From: an uncultured bacterium
GTDB taxonomy: Bacteria; Auribacterota; Erginobacteria; Erginobacterales; Erginobacteraceae
Reading direction: 5' to 3'
NCBI GenBank assembly: GCA_963822585.1
Contig: CAWGIE010000019.1
Span: forward strand, 487,949-551,948
DNA: 64,000 nt
The position numbers and the translations under genes are program-made. Below the pieces are notes generated by a model. The model worked only from the letters and a program-made list of their open reading frames with translations, ran no database searches and had not been told where the DNA came from. How positions within the stretch are numbered: the first letter of the stretch is position 1; each line of letters begins with the position of its first letter. This document shows positions 28,156 through 42,291 of this stretch, one piece after another.

Positions 28156-30721
28156 CTTCCTCTTCCCCGACATCCTCCATCTCCTCCGCCTCTTCTGCTC
28201 CCCCATTCTCCACTTCCTCCCCCCCCTCCGCCTCTCCCTCTCCCACATCCTCCAGTTCCTCTACTCCCTCTTCTGCCGCCTCCGGCGCATCTTCGCGATC
28301 ATCCTCGACCACCCGGGCCATTCCGACCAACGTATCGCCTTCGCCCAGATCGATCAACCGGACACCCCTGGTGGCCCGGCCGATGACGCGAATTTCATCT
28401 ACCGCCATCCGTATCATCTTGCCCGCGGCCGAGATCAGCATCAGTTCATCCCCGTCCCGGATCGAGGCCGCCCCGACCAGGGAACCGATCTTCTTCCCGA
28501 CACGGAGGGTGATGACACCTCCGCCGCCTCTATGCTGGACGTTATACTGATCGAAGGCGGTGCGCTTGCCATAGCCATTCTCGGATATAACCAACAGGGT
28601 ATGGTCCAGCTCCACCTTCTCCATCGTCACCACGGCGTCACTGGTCCCCAGCCGGATTCCTTTTACCCCCCGGGCGGAACGTCCCATCGGGCGGGCATCT
28701 TTCTCTTTGAAGCGGATCGACTTCCCGTTTCTGGTCACCAGGAGCAATTCGTCCTTCCCTTCGGTAAGAACCGCTCCGATGATTCGGTCTCCCGTATCGA
28801 CGGTGGCGGCGATAATGCCGGCAGCCCGGGGATTGCCGAACTGCTCGAGCGGGGTCTTCTTGATGATCCCCTTTTCGGAGGCAAGCATGATACACCTCCC
28901 GGGGTTGAAATCACGGACCCGGATCAAGGCGGCGATCTTCTCCTCGTTGGAGATCTCGAGCAGGTTGGCGATCGCCCGGCCCCGCGAGATTCGGGAGGCC
29001 TGCGGTATCTGGTAGACCTTGAGCCAGTGGACCCGTCCCGATTCGGTGAAGAAGAGAATATATTCATGGGTGGAAGCGGTGAAGAGGTGCTCGACAAAGT
29101 CCTCGTCCCTGGTTTCCATCCCCGCGATCCCTTTGCCTCCGCGGCGCTGTGACCGGTAGGTGGTGACCGGAACCCGTTTAATGTACCCCCGGTGGCTGAT
29201 GGTGATGAGGGCGGTTTCATCGGCGATCAGGTCCTCGATCTCCAATTCGCCTTCGGCAGGGACGATCTCGGTACGGCGATTATCCCCGTATTTCTCCTTG
29301 AGTTCGTCCAGATCCGTTTTAATCAGCCCGAGGACTTTCTTCTCACTGGCCAGGATGGACTCCAGATAGGCGATCAGCTTGATCAGTTCCTTATACTCGT
29401 CCTCGATTTTCTTGCTCTCCAGACCGGTGAGCCGGTACAGCCTCAGATCGAGAATGGCATCGGCCTGAACCTCGGAAAACTTGAACCGCTTGATCAATTT
29501 CACCTTGGCGGCGTCCCGGTCAGGGGAAGCTTTGATTATCTTGATGATCTCATCGATATGTTTGAGGGCGATCTTGAATCCTTCCAGAATATGAGCCCTC
29601 TTCTCGGCTACATCAAGATCAAACCGGGTACGCCGGACGATCACTTCCTTGCGGTGTTCGATGAAACAGCGGATGGCGGACTTCAGGTCCATCACCCGGG
29701 GGCGCCCTTCATCCAGGGCCAGAATGATGATCCCGAACGTGACTTGAAGCTGGGTCTTTTTATAGAGTTGATTGATGATGACCCGGGCCACCTCACCGCG
29801 TTTCAATTCGGCAACGATCCGCATCCCCTCCCGATCCGACTCATCCCTGAGGTCGGAGATACCGGTTATCTTCTTACTGTTGACAAGTCCGGCGATATCC
29901 TCCAGGAGCTTGGACTTGTTGACGTTATACGGTATCTCGGTGATGATGATGGATTCCCGTCCCCCCTTCAGAGGTTCGACCCCCAGACGTCCCCGCAGCC
30001 TGATCTTTCCCCGGCCGGTAGTATAGGCACTGCGTATTTCTTCTATCCCGGTGATGATCCCGCCGGTGGGAAAGTCCGGGCCCGGGATAACTTTCAGCAA
30101 TTCATCAACGCCGGCATCGGGATTATCGATACAGAGCTTGATCGCTTCGGCTACCTCGCCCAGGTTATGAGGCGGGATGTTGGTCGCCATCCCAACGGCA
30201 ATTCCGGAACCTCCATTGCAGAGCAGGTTCGGGAACTTGCCGGGAAGGACAACCGGTTCGCGGAGGGTTTCATCATAGTTGGGGACGAAGTCGACGGTGT
30301 CTTTCTTCAGATCCTGGAGCATCTCCATCGCCAGGGGGGTGAGACGGGCTTCGGTATAACGCATCGCCGCCGGCGGATCGCCGTCAATCGAACCGAAGTT
30401 CCCCTGGCCGTCCACCAGGGGATAGCGAAGATTAAAATCCTGGGCCATCCGGACCAGGGTCGGGTAGACAATGGCCTCGCCGTGGGGATGGTAATTACCG
30501 GAGGTGTCGCCGGCAATCTTGGCGCATTTACGGTACCGGCTCCGGGGGGTCAGCCCCAGGTCGTTCATGGCGACCAGGATTCTTCTCTGGGATGGCTTGA
30601 GCCCATCCCGGGCATCGGGCAGAGCCCGGGAAACGATAACGCTCATCGCGTAGTTCAGATAGGATTCCCGCATCTCATCTTTGATGTCGCAGGAGATTAA
30701 CTTTTCATTTCGTGCGTACAT
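28151..30721 (-). CDS. gyrA: DNA gyrase subunit A
   Basis: [24 protein letters not shown], GyrA-box QRRGGKG, acidic tail. Confidence 0.98.
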   Translation of the reverse strand: MYARNEKLISCDIKDEMRESYLNYAMSVIVSRALPDARDGLKPSQRRILVAMNDLGLTPRSRYRKCAKIAGDTSGNYHPHGEAIVYPTLVRMAQDFNLRYPLVDGQGNFGSIDGDPPAAMRYTEARLTPLAMEMLQDLKKDTVDFVPNYDETLREPVVLPGKFPNLLCNGGSGIAVGMATNIPPHNLGEVAEAIKLCIDNPDAGVDELLKVIPGPDFPTGGIITGIEEIRSAYTTGRGKIRLRGRLGVEPLKGGRESIIITEIPYNVNKSKLLEDIAGLVNSKKITGISDLRDESDREGMRIVAELKRGEVARVIINQLYKKTQLQVTFGIIILALDEGRPRVMDLKSAIRCFIEHRKEVIVRRTRFDLDVAEKRAHILEGFKIALKHIDEIIKIIKASPDRDAAKVKLIKRFKFSEVQADAILDLRLYRLTGLESKKIEDEYKELIKLIAYLESILASEKKVLGLIKTDLDELKEKYGDNRRTEIVPAEGELEIEDLIADETALITISHRGYIKRVPVTTYRSQRRGGKGIAGMETRDEDFVEHLFTASTHEYILFFTESGRVHWLKVYQIPQASRISRGRAIANLLEISNEEKIAALIRVRDFNPGRCIMLASEKGIIKKTPLEQFGNPRAAGIIAATVDTGDRIIGAVLTEGKDELLLVTRNGKSIRFKEKDARPMGRSARGVKGIRLGTSDAVVTMEKVELDHTLLVISENGYGKRTAFDQYNVQHRGGGGVITLRVGKKIGSLVGAASIRDGDELMLISAAGKMIRMAVDEIRVIGRATRGVRLIDLGEGDTLVGMARVVEDDREDAPEAAEEGVEELEDVGEGEAEGGEEVENGGAEEAEEMEDVGEEEE

Positions 30722-30745
30722 TAAAATTTTTCCTCCGGAAAAATT

Positions 30746-33565
<2,820 letters not shown>

Positions 33566-33569
<4 letters not shown>

Positions 33570-34659
33570 AGTTTCATCGGCATAATGACACAGAGAAACC
33601 GCCCATTCGTCTTCAATATCCCCGGGCTGTTGGAATCAATCAGTTGAAGATTTATTTCGTCTTCTCCTTCCAGGGCTTTCAGTACATCAATGATAAAATG
33701 AGGATTAAAAGCTATTTCCAATCCCGGACCATCATAATCAATCGACATTTCTTCCCGGGCCTCGCCGACATCCGGGGTAATGGCACTGACGGTAACCTGG
33801 CCCTTGTTGAAAGAAAAACGTACCGAGTTCGATTTTTCATCCGTAATCAGGGAAGCTCGTTTAACCATCTGCATGAGATCCTGCCGGGGAAGGGCAAGGG
33901 TAGTTCCCGGATCCTGTGGGATGACCTGCTGGTAACTGGGGAAACGACCTTCGATCAAACGGGAAATTATCAGGGTACCGGAGAACTGAAATGCGATTTG
34001 ACGTTCGCCAAGCTTAATCACGCATTCTCCATCATCTTCCAGAATCCGGCTCAGTTCCTGTACGGTTTTATGGGGGAGAATGACTTCTCTTTTCACGTCG
34101 GCCGGAAGTGCGCATTCGGTCTTGGCCAGAGCCAGACGGCGGCCATCCGTCGCTACCGCGGTCAGTTCTCCTTTCTCAAAAAGAAGATATAGACCATTCA
34201 GAACATAGCGGGTCTCATCGAGGGAGATGGCATAGCTGGTTTTTTTTATCAGATCCTTAATCTCTGACTGTCTGATCGGTATCTCCACCGTTTCTCCCAT
34301 TTCGGGGGGGGGGGGAACTCTTCCCGGGGAAGTCCTTTCATCTGGAAAAAAGAACGAGAACAAGTCAACCGGACAGCGTTATCATTGCCGCCTTCCAGTA
34401 CAATGGAGGATCCGGGTAATTCTTTTATGATATTAAACAATCTTCGCCCGGGGATGCTGTTCGCGCCGTCCTCTTCCACTTCAGCCGGCAATGTGCATGA
34501 TATCCACATTTCCAGATCGCTTGCTATCATCGTAGCAGTGCCCGCTGCTGTTTCCAAAATGACATGGGATAAAATGGGAAGCATGCTTTTAGAGCCGATA
34601 ACCCCTTGAAGAGGCTGCATTATTCGAAGGGCATCATCTTTTTGAAAAGTCAGTTTCAT
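33566..34659 (-). CDS. dnaN: DNA polymerase III beta clamp, split by a frameshift at G12 (34304-34315)
   Basis: N-half LPILSH..SDLE..EEFP; C-half RYVLNG, ATDGRRL, GRFPSY, VIMPMKL. Confidence 0.93.
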
Positions 34660-34743
34660 GGTACCTCCTTATATGAATAACCGGATCACAGGTTCTGTTT
34701 GGAAAAATTCGGATTTTTATATTGCCGCTATCGCCATGTTATG

Positions 34744-34936
34744 TTTTCAACAGGTATTATATTAAAGAATTCCATTAATTGTAAATATAATAATAATAAT
34801 AATGCCTGTTGATATGTGGACAGCGGTCAGAACCCCGCCGTCAGAATCTCTGAACAAGCCTGTGCATAACCCGTGTACAGGAGTGGATAAACCGGGTCAA
34901 AAACGAATCCGCCCGGCGTTCCCCGTATTATCCACC
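34744..34936. promoter_or_regulatory. oriC: oriC unwinding region: DnaA boxes, GC motif, DnaA-trios, AT-rich DUE
   Basis: Minus strand CTGTCCACA-TATCAACA-GGC-(ATT)5; further box-like 9-mers near 34861, 34882 and 34928. Confidence 0.85.
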
Positions 34937-35235
34937 GGTAAATCACCGGTATATCCAGTACCTTTTTCAATGTATCTCCGTAACTATTTTGCACCCGATT
35001 AATTTATTATTCCGCCCATACCCTGATCCCTATTATCAGCACCTGATTTCTCTGATTACTTTGTTCTCAGGTCAATCAGAAAAATCAGGTGCTAAAATAT
35101 TTTTCAGGTTGATCGGGAGCCTGAATATTAAAATCCCAAAGCAGTAAACGAGCATGCCGCAGATTCTCACATTGGGAAATACATACTGAAGAACACGCCG
35201 AATTATTCGTATGTATGATTGACGATTACCCGGGC

Positions 35236-36570
35236 TTATCCATGCACTTGCCGGATCTCTTTCTCCAGGTAGGAAAGGGTATTGGAAAGGTGTTTATCGA
35301 CAGAGAGCTGTTCACCGATTTTATGACAGGCGTGAAGAACGGTGGTATGATCCCGTCCTCCGAATGCTTCGCCAATCTCACTGAGAGACCGTCCGGTCAT
35401 ACAGCGTGACAGATACATAGCCAGCTGACGCGGGTAAGCGATCGCCTTGGGGCGGCGGGAACTTTTCATATCCGCCAGGCGGATATCATAGTAGTCGCTT
35501 AACTTCCTCTGAATCTGGTCGATCGTAATAATGTGCTCCATCTCATCTTCCACGATACCCGCCAACACCAACTCGGTTGTTTTAAGATTGAGCTCGGTTC
35601 CAGTCAAAGAAGCGTAGGAGACAACCTGGATCAAGGCCCCTTCCAGTTTCCGGATATTGGACTTGATACGGTCGGCTATGTAAAAGATGATCTCATCAGG
35701 GACGATTATCTTCGAATATTCCGCCTCCTTTCGCAGAATGGCCATTCTGGTCTCGCGATCGGGGGGCTGGATATCGACTACCAGTCCCCACTCGAACCGT
35801 GAGATCAAACGTTCTTCCACATCCGGAATGTCCTGGGGAGAACGATCGCTGGAGAAGATAAGCTGTTTATGGAGATCGAAGAGATGATTAAACGTGTGGA
35901 AAAATTGTTCCTGTGTCTTGACCTGGCCGCCGAGAAAATGGATATCGTCAATCAGAAGAACATCCACGTCCCGATATTTCTTACGAAACTTCTCGGTGGT
36001 GCGGTTGGCAATGGCGTTGATGAAATCATTGGTGAAGCTTTCACTCGATAAATAAAGCACCTGATAACGCTCTTTATGCTGAAGGACCGCATTCGCGGCC
36101 GCCTGCATCAAATGAGTCTTTCCCAATCCGACGCCTCCATAAATGAAAAGAGGGTTGTATGCTTTACCGGGTGCGTTGGACACGGCCATGGTAGCAGCAT
36201 GCGCGAACTGATTGCAGGCGCCGACCACAAACCGGTCGAATGAGTATTTGAGGTTGAGATTAGAAAACTGAGAAGCCGCCGGTTTCCTCTGGACCGAAGA
36301 AACTCCCGGTTCGATTTCCGGCTGATAGGGATGACGACTGATGGCGAAAGTCACCTGGAGCTGGCGACCGATCAGGCCGCTCCCTGTCGCTTCCATTATT
36401 TCCAGATAATGATCCTTCAACCAGTCCCGGAAGAAATTGTTGGGAACCTCAAGAACAAGCCGTTCCCCTTCAAGGGAGATCAGCTGGGTTGGTTTTATCC
36501 AAGTCTGGAAATTTTGTTCTCCCAGTCTATCTTTAAGCTGGGCAAAGAATTCTGTCGCGAACGCATTCAT
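35236..36570 (-). CDS. dnaA: Chromosomal replication initiator DnaA
   Basis: YNPLFIYGGVGLGKTHL, LLIDDI, SRFEWGL, FGGRDHTTVLHA. Confidence 0.98.
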   Translation of the reverse strand: MNAFATEFFAQLKDRLGEQNFQTWIKPTQLISLEGERLVLEVPNNFFRDWLKDHYLEIMEATGSGLIGRQLQVTFAISRHPYQPEIEPGVSSVQRKPAASQFSNLNLKYSFDRFVVGACNQFAHAATMAVSNAPGKAYNPLFIYGGVGLGKTHLMQAAANAVLQHKERYQVLYLSSESFTNDFINAIANRTTEKFRKKYRDVDVLLIDDIHFLGGQVKTQEQFFHTFNHLFDLHKQLIFSSDRSPQDIPDVEERLISRFEWGLVVDIQPPDRETRMAILRKEAEYSKIIVPDEIIFYIADRIKSNIRKLEGALIQVVSYASLTGTELNLKTTELVLAGIVEDEMEHIITIDQIQRKLSDYYDIRLADMKSSRRPKAIAYPRQLAMYLSRCMTGRSLSEIGEAFGGRDHTTVLHACHKIGEQLSVDKHLSNTLSYLEKEIRQVHG

Positions 36571-36599
36571 AAATGATAAATGAATCGCCGTGCCCTGTT

Positions 36600-36987
36600 T
36601 TATCCACAAGGTACTATAAAATAACCGAATAAAGCAGGGCAAGTCCCTATTGTGAGCGTTTTGTAATGAGATGGCCAGGTGTCGGGAGATTAATTATTAT
36701 TCAAATTGCTGAATTTATAAGATGTTGATACGCAGTTAGATATAAATCAGATAAAACCGTACAGGGATTTATGGATCAACAGAGCGGGAATTACCGGTGA
36801 ACCGTAAATATTATTCTATCTCTTTTAACAGGTTACAAACATCATTTCCCATACGATTTTTGTTATCAACAAGTTATCCACATGCCGATGTTCTCCGGCT
36901 GGAAAAGAAGCACCCGAATTATAATAGTGAAATACGGATAAATCAAGAAAATAATTTTAAAAAGTGAAAATAAACCATTTATCAACC
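36600..36987. promoter_or_regulatory. DnaA-box cluster upstream of dnaA
   Basis: TTATCCACA at 36600 and 36874, TTATCAACA at 36863, TTATCAACC at 36979. Confidence 0.85.
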
Positions 36988-37019
36988 CTGGCCGAATACC
37001 CGGGATGTTCTTCTATCTG

Positions 37020-37048
37020 TTGACAGGGGTGATCGAGTATATAATAAT
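37020..37048 (+). promoter_or_regulatory. Probable sigma70 promoter of the rpmH operon
   Basis: TTGACA at 37020, followed by TATATAATAAT. Confidence 0.5.
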
Positions 37049-37122
37049 GCGGTCATCGTGGTACCGAAGACGAAACCCCGGATTACCGGATTTCTAATGA
37101 CAGACGAATCGGAGCATTAAGA

Positions 37123-37260
37123 ATGAAAAGAACATATCAGCCTTCAAGAAGGAAACGAAAAAAGAAACATGGTTTTTTCGCCCGCCAAGCAACACCGGGC
37201 GGGCGAAACATTATTAAAAGGCGCCGGCAAAAAGGCCGGAAGCGCTTAGTGGTCAGTTAA
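37123..37260 (+). CDS. rpmH: 50S ribosomal protein L34 (below the ORF-track cutoff)
   Basis: [45 protein letters not shown]. Confidence 0.97.
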   Translation: MKRTYQPSRRKRKKKHGFFARQATPGGRNIIKRRRQKGRKRLVVS

Positions 37261-37264
37261 GCCG

Positions 37265-37654
37265 GTGAAGGACCCCTCTTTATCCTTCCCCCGAGAATGG
37301 ATACTGAAAAAAGCCAATGATTTCAAGAAGCTTTTTCACGAAGGAACCTGGTTGCGGGGGAAGACGATAACAGTACTATATCGCTCTGCTGCAACGGACT
37401 CTTACCGGGTTGGTTTTTCCACCAAAAAAAACCTTGGAAACGCGGTCCAGCGTAACCGAGCCCGCCGCCTTATGCGAGAGGTTTTCCGTCTCCACCAGCA
37501 TGAGATCAAGGGAGGTTTTCAATATCTTTTTCTCTGGACCGGTCCGGTAGACGAATTCGGTTATAAAGACACGGAAGGAGAGATGCTGGATTTGCTCAAC
37601 AAGGGAAGCCTGATAAGGAGAAATTCCAAATCTCAAATCCCCAGTAACAAATGA
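37265..37654 (+). CDS. rnpA: RNase P protein component
   Basis: KKNLGNAVQRNRARRLMRE (RNR motif). Confidence 0.95.
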   Translation: MKDPSLSFPREWILKKANDFKKLFHEGTWLRGKTITVLYRSAATDSYRVGFSTKKNLGNAVQRNRARRLMREVFRLHQHEIKGGFQYLFLWTGPVDEFGYKDTEGEMLDLLNKGSLIRRNSKSQIPSNK

Positions 37655-37677
37655 ATTCCAAACGAATTGACTGAAGC

Positions 37678-37896
37678 ATGAAAAGACTCATCATCAAAGG
37701 AATAATTATCATTATCCGGGTGTACCAGCGGTGCATATCGGTTTTACTCCCGCCCCGGTGCCGGTTTTATCCGACCTGTTCGGAATATCTTTGCCAGAGT
37801 CTGGAAAAATGGGGTCCCTGTAAGGGACTCTGGAAAAGTGCGGTAAGGCTGAGCAAGTGCCACCCCTTTCATCCCGGCGGTTATGACCCGGTATAA
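37678..37896 (+). CDS. yidD: Membrane protein insertion efficiency factor
   Basis: [22 protein letters not shown]. Confidence 0.96.
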   Translation: MKRLIIKGIIIIIRVYQRCISVLLPPRCRFYPTCSEYLCQSLEKWGPCKGLWKSAVRLSKCHPFHPGGYDPV

Positions 37897-37996
37897 ATAA
37901 GTGCCTTCCGCCTTCGTTAAAACTATGGCGGATAAAAAAGTAGTTTTTGAATGTTTATTAACGTTCAAAACTAAAATTTTCCGGAGGAAAATTTTA

Positions 37997-39742
37997 ATGG
38001 ATAAAGTGAGCAAAATAGGCCTGGCAGCGTGCGTGCTTTTGCTGATCGGGTGGTTTTATTGGCAGAGCACTCAAAAAAAAGATATCCCACCGCCCTCAAC
38101 CGATAAAGACCTTGGGGAGATATCGGCGAAAGCGTCTGCGAAGTCTGCCCCGTCGCCGCGCCCGGCCGCAACCCTACCGGCTATTCCCGCAGGCCCGGCG
38201 GTCGTTGCCCCTGCTCCGGAGTTGCCGGTACCCTTTCCCATCGAAGCGAAATCGGTAACTATTGATACCGGACTCTTCAACGCTGAGATGAACGCCTTTG
38301 GCGGGGTTATTAAACAACTGGTGCTGAAAGAAAATCCTGCCGCCGGGATCAGGAAATTGCCGGATGAAAAAAGCGGTACCGTCACGCTGATCAACGCTGA
38401 GGATATCAAACAGGCCCCCGGCCGCTTCCTGAACTTTGAAGCGGTGATGATGGAAACATCGGGTATACCCGGAGGGGTGGAGTTCACCCATACTTACGAA
38501 GACAAGATTTCGGTCACGAAGAAATATGTATTCGACAAGGACGCCTATACGGGAACTCTCACCATCAGAATCCGGAATGATTCGGACGTTGAGCTCACCT
38601 GGGAAGACGGCCCGAACTTCAACTGTGGGGCGATCCATCCCGTCGACAAAGACGATCTTCTGGGTGTTGATGTCCTGGATGGTACGGACATGCTGCGGAA
38701 GACCGCCCCGGAAGCCAGGATCCCGGCCAGGATCAACTGGCTCGGTTTGAAGACCAAGTATTTCACCACCATCTTCCAGCCCGTAGAACATCCGGCCTCT
38801 TTTTTCACGATTGAGGGGAAAAATAAATCAACGCCGGCACCGGCGAAAGCGGCCCTCGGCTGTGCCCGCGGCCCCGGGGCCTCTCCCTATGAGTACCTCC
38901 AGGCGTCGATGACATTTCCTTCTATGACGCTTCAGCCGGGAGAGAGCACGGAATACGTGTTTAACCTCTATTTCGGCCCCGCCAACTACGAGGTTCTGCA
39001 AAAAGCCGGCAATCAGTTTGAAAAGATCGTCGATTTCGGCTTTTTCGGGACATTTTATCTCCCCCAGGTGCTGATCTGGCTGCTCAATCGCATCTACGAC
39101 CTGATCGGAAGTTACGGTTGGGCTATAATTCTCCTGACCGTCATCATCAAGATCGTTCTCTGGCCTCTGACTCATAAGAGCTACGTCTCAATGGGGAAGA
39201 TGCAGAAACTGCAGCCCCAGCTGGCAGTGCTCAAGGAGAAGTACAAGGGGGATGCCAAAAAGATCCAGGCGGAGACGATGAAGCTTTATAAGGCAAACGG
39301 GGTCAACCCGATGGGCGGCTGTCTGCCCATGCTTCTTCAGATGCCGATTCTCTTTGCCCTCTATACGACGCTGCGCAATACCATCCTGCTCAGGAAGGCC
39401 TCCTTCTGGATCATACCCGGGAAGTGGATCCAGGACCTCTCCGGACCCGATGTTCTGGCGACGTTGGACAAGTCCTATCCGATCATCGGCAACCAGATCA
39501 ACATCCTTCCTCTTCTGATGGGTTTGAGCTTTTTCCTCCAGCAGAAGTTTACCCCCACCTCCGGCGGCGGCAGTGCTCAATCCGAGCAGCAGCAGAAGAT
39601 GATGGCGACGCTGATGCCGGTCATGTTCACCTTCCTCTTTTACAGCCTACCGTCGGGTTTGAACCTTTACTTCATGCTCAGCACCTTCATTACGATCGGC
39701 CAGCAGCTGATGACGACGAAGATGAGGAAGGAGAAGGCGTAA
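37997..39742 (+). CDS. yidC: Membrane protein insertase YidC (with periplasmic domain)
   Basis: YGWAIILLT, VNPMGGCLPMLLQMP, LPSGLNLY. Confidence 0.96.
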   Translation: MDKVSKIGLAACVLLLIGWFYWQSTQKKDIPPPSTDKDLGEISAKASAKSAPSPRPAATLPAIPAGPAVVAPAPELPVPFPIEAKSVTIDTGLFNAEMNAFGGVIKQLVLKENPAAGIRKLPDEKSGTVTLINAEDIKQAPGRFLNFEAVMMETSGIPGGVEFTHTYEDKISVTKKYVFDKDAYTGTLTIRIRNDSDVELTWEDGPNFNCGAIHPVDKDDLLGVDVLDGTDMLRKTAPEARIPARINWLGLKTKYFTTIFQPVEHPASFFTIEGKNKSTPAPAKAALGCARGPGASPYEYLQASMTFPSMTLQPGESTEYVFNLYFGPANYEVLQKAGNQFEKIVDFGFFGTFYLPQVLIWLLNRIYDLIGSYGWAIILLTVIIKIVLWPLTHKSYVSMGKMQKLQPQLAVLKEKYKGDAKKIQAETMKLYKANGVNPMGGCLPMLLQMPILFALYTTLRNTILLRKASFWIIPGKWIQDLSGPDVLATLDKSYPIIGNQINILPLLMGLSFFLQQKFTPTSGGGSAQSEQQQKMMATLMPVMFTFLFYSLPSGLNLYFMLSTFITIGQQLMTTKMRKEKA

Positions 39743-39782
39743 GTCCTATAGAAGCAGTATGCTTTATCTCCCGGTCAGTATC

Positions 39783-39875
39783 GTGGAGTAACGGAATAAT
39801 AGGAGTAATGGAGTAATGGAAACCCCGCGGGCCCGGAACTTCAATACTCCAACACTCCAGTACTCCATCACTCCT
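39783..39875. repeat. Inverted GGAGTAAT/ATACTCCA octamer arrays
   Basis: Same family as 42146-42225. Confidence 0.7.
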
Positions 39876-39924
39876 TCGCTCTCTTGCTTTTTTCAGGACT
39901 GTACTACTTTTACTGCTCAAGATC

Positions 39925-41307
39925 ATGACTCATGTCAACCATGATACCATCGCCGCCCTGGCGACCCCCGAAGGAGAAGGAGCGCTCGCCGTTATCAGGA
40001 TCTCCGGGCCCGATACTTTTACCGTTCTGGAGGATATTTTTCTTCCCCATAAAATCCCCCCGTCCGCCATGGAACCATTCCGTTTATATGGTGGCTGGCT
40101 GCGTGACGGGGAAGAGAAGATCGACGAGGTGATGGCGGTGGTGATGAAGAAACCGCGGAGCTATACCGGGGAAGAGATGGCCGAGATCTATACTCACGGC
40201 GGGCGCGCGATTTCGTCCCTGGTCCTTGATCTTATCATCTCCCGGGGCGCGCGGCCGGCTCAACCGGGTGAGTTTACCCGGCGGGCGTTTTTGAACGGGA
40301 AGATGGACCTGACCCGGGCTGAATCGGTTGCCTGGCTGATCTCGGCCCGGTCGGAAGCGGAACTGAAAGCGGCCGCCGGGCAGCTGGGCGGGGAACTGCG
40401 CGAGCGGCTGACGGCGATTAAGGGAGATCTGATTCGGGTGCTTTCCCTGGTAGAGGTACCGCTTGATTTCGATGAGTACGAAAATCGGCCGGTCCCCTAC
40501 CGTGAGATCGCGGGACTGATCACCACCGCCCGGGACGCGCTGCGGTCGCTGTGGGGGGAAGCCCGGGCCGGGAGATGTCTGCATGAAGGAATCCGGGTGG
40601 TGATCGTCGGCAAGCCGAACGTGGGCAAGTCCAGCCTCCTTAATACTTTCCTCTCCCGGAAACGCGCCATCGTTTCCACCGAGCCCGGGACCACCCGGGA
40701 TACCATTGAAGAGGTGATCAGGCTGGACGGTATTCCGCTTCGCTTAATCGACACCGCCGGAATCCACTCACCGTCTGGAGAAATCGAACGGGAAGGGGTT
40801 GAACGTGCCCGCGAGAAAGCCCGGGAAGCCGAGCTGGTCCTGATCGTCCTGGACAGCGGCACCCGGATAAACGCCGACGACCTGAAGATACTGGAACTGG
40901 TCCGGGACAAACCGGCGCTCCTGGTCATCAACAAGACCGATCTTCCGGAGAAAGTTGACCTCGACCAGATCCGTCATGAGCTTCACCGAAAGAAGATCAT
41001 CAAGATATCCCTGGCGAAAAATTGGGGCTTTGAACGTCTGCGCCAGGAGATCGTGACGCTGGTCCGGGAGGAATTCATGGGCGGTAATACCTCAGGGGTG
41101 ATGATCAGTCAGAAGCGGCGGGGAACATTGCAGGAAGCGGCCGAGGCTCTGGACCGGACCCTGGAGAGCGCCGAGAAAAAGCTTTCCGGCGAATTGATCG
41201 CCGAGGATCTCAACCATGCCCTGTCCGGGGTGAAAACAATTCTGGGCGAGGAGTGCGCCGATGAGGTCCTTGACGAGATCTTCTCCCGTTTCTGCGTCGG
41301 CAAGTGA
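39925..41307 (+). CDS. mnmE: tRNA modification GTPase
   Basis: DTIAALAT, GKPNVGKSS, GTTRD, DTAG, NKTD, FCVGK. Confidence 0.97.
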   Translation: MTHVNHDTIAALATPEGEGALAVIRISGPDTFTVLEDIFLPHKIPPSAMEPFRLYGGWLRDGEEKIDEVMAVVMKKPRSYTGEEMAEIYTHGGRAISSLVLDLIISRGARPAQPGEFTRRAFLNGKMDLTRAESVAWLISARSEAELKAAAGQLGGELRERLTAIKGDLIRVLSLVEVPLDFDEYENRPVPYREIAGLITTARDALRSLWGEARAGRCLHEGIRVVIVGKPNVGKSSLLNTFLSRKRAIVSTEPGTTRDTIEEVIRLDGIPLRLIDTAGIHSPSGEIEREGVERAREKAREAELVLIVLDSGTRINADDLKILELVRDKPALLVINKTDLPEKVDLDQIRHELHRKKIIKISLAKNWGFERLRQEIVTLVREEFMGGNTSGVMISQKRRGTLQEAAEALDRTLESAEKKLSGELIAEDLNHALSGVKTILGEECADEVLDEIFSRFCVGK

Positions 41308-41398
41308 TTACGAAACCGCGGATTGAGCGGATGATGCCGATTCAATTGCACGGGGTATAATTCAAATAACCTGGTTACGGGTACCGATCCTTCCCGGT

Positions 41399-42112
41399 AT
41401 GACTGACAGAATTCTTCTTATTGACGATGAGCAGCACATCGTAGACGTGGTGGTCTACGTCCTGGGGGAGCATGGTTTTGCGACCGATACTGCCCTTGAC
41501 GGAGATAGCGGCCTCGATCTATTCCGCCGCCGCCGTCCCGACCTGGTTCTCCTCGACCTCACCCTGCCGGGAATGGGCGGCCTTGACCTCTTCCGGGAGA
41601 TGAAGCATCTTGATCCCGCGGTCCCGGTCATCATGCTCACCTCCCGGGGCGAGGAGGTTGACCGGGTCCTGGGGCTGGAGATCGGGGCGGACGATTATGT
41701 CACCAAGCCCTTCAGTCCCCGGGAACTGGCCGCCCGGGTGCGGGCGGTTTTACGCCGCGCCCGCGGCGGTGCTGGCGGCCCGGCCGGGGAGCGTATTCGA
41801 CACGGACCCTTCGAGATCGATCCCCGAGGATATGTGCTCGCCTATTACGGCTCTCGCATCCTGCTTACCCGGCAGGAATTTCGCCTGCTGGCGGCACTGG
41901 TTCGCTTTCCGGCCCGGGTTTTCACCCGGGATAACCTGATGGACAGGATCTATGATGGAGAAAACTGCGTGACCGATCGATCAATCGATGCCTGCGTGAA
42001 GCGAATCCGGCGCAAACTGCAGAAAATCCGGCCCGGTCTCGACCCGATACTGACCGTTTACGGGATCGGATATAAGCTCAATGAGGCGATATCGGTGGAT
42101 GATGCTGAGTAA
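41399..42112 (+). CDS. OmpR/PhoB-family response regulator
   Basis: LIDDE, LLDLTLP, GADDYVTKPF, TVYGIGYK. Confidence 0.95.
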   Translation: MTDRILLIDDEQHIVDVVVYVLGEHGFATDTALDGDSGLDLFRRRRPDLVLLDLTLPGMGGLDLFREMKHLDPAVPVIMLTSRGEEVDRVLGLEIGADDYVTKPFSPRELAARVRAVLRRARGGAGGPAGERIRHGPFEIDPRGYVLAYYGSRILLTRQEFRLLAALVRFPARVFTRDNLMDRIYDGENCVTDRSIDACVKRIRRKLQKIRPGLDPILTVYGIGYKLNEAISVDDAE

Positions 42113-42145
42113 CAAAGCATCCGACGGAGGAGAGTGTTGGTGAAA

Positions 42146-42225
42146 TGGAGTGATGGAGTGTTGGAGTAATGTAATGGGTCGGCCGGATTTCCATCACTCC
42201 ACCACTCCAATACTCCTTTACTCCA
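42146..42225. repeat. Inverted GGAGTRWT octamer arrays
   Basis: TGGAGTGATGGAGTGTTGGAGTAAT facing CATCACTCCACCACTCCAATACTCC. Confidence 0.7.
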
Positions 42226-42291
42226 CGTTAAACAACCTGAGAGCCCACCCGCCCTTATGCGATATAGAACCCTTTACATGGCAGAACTGAA

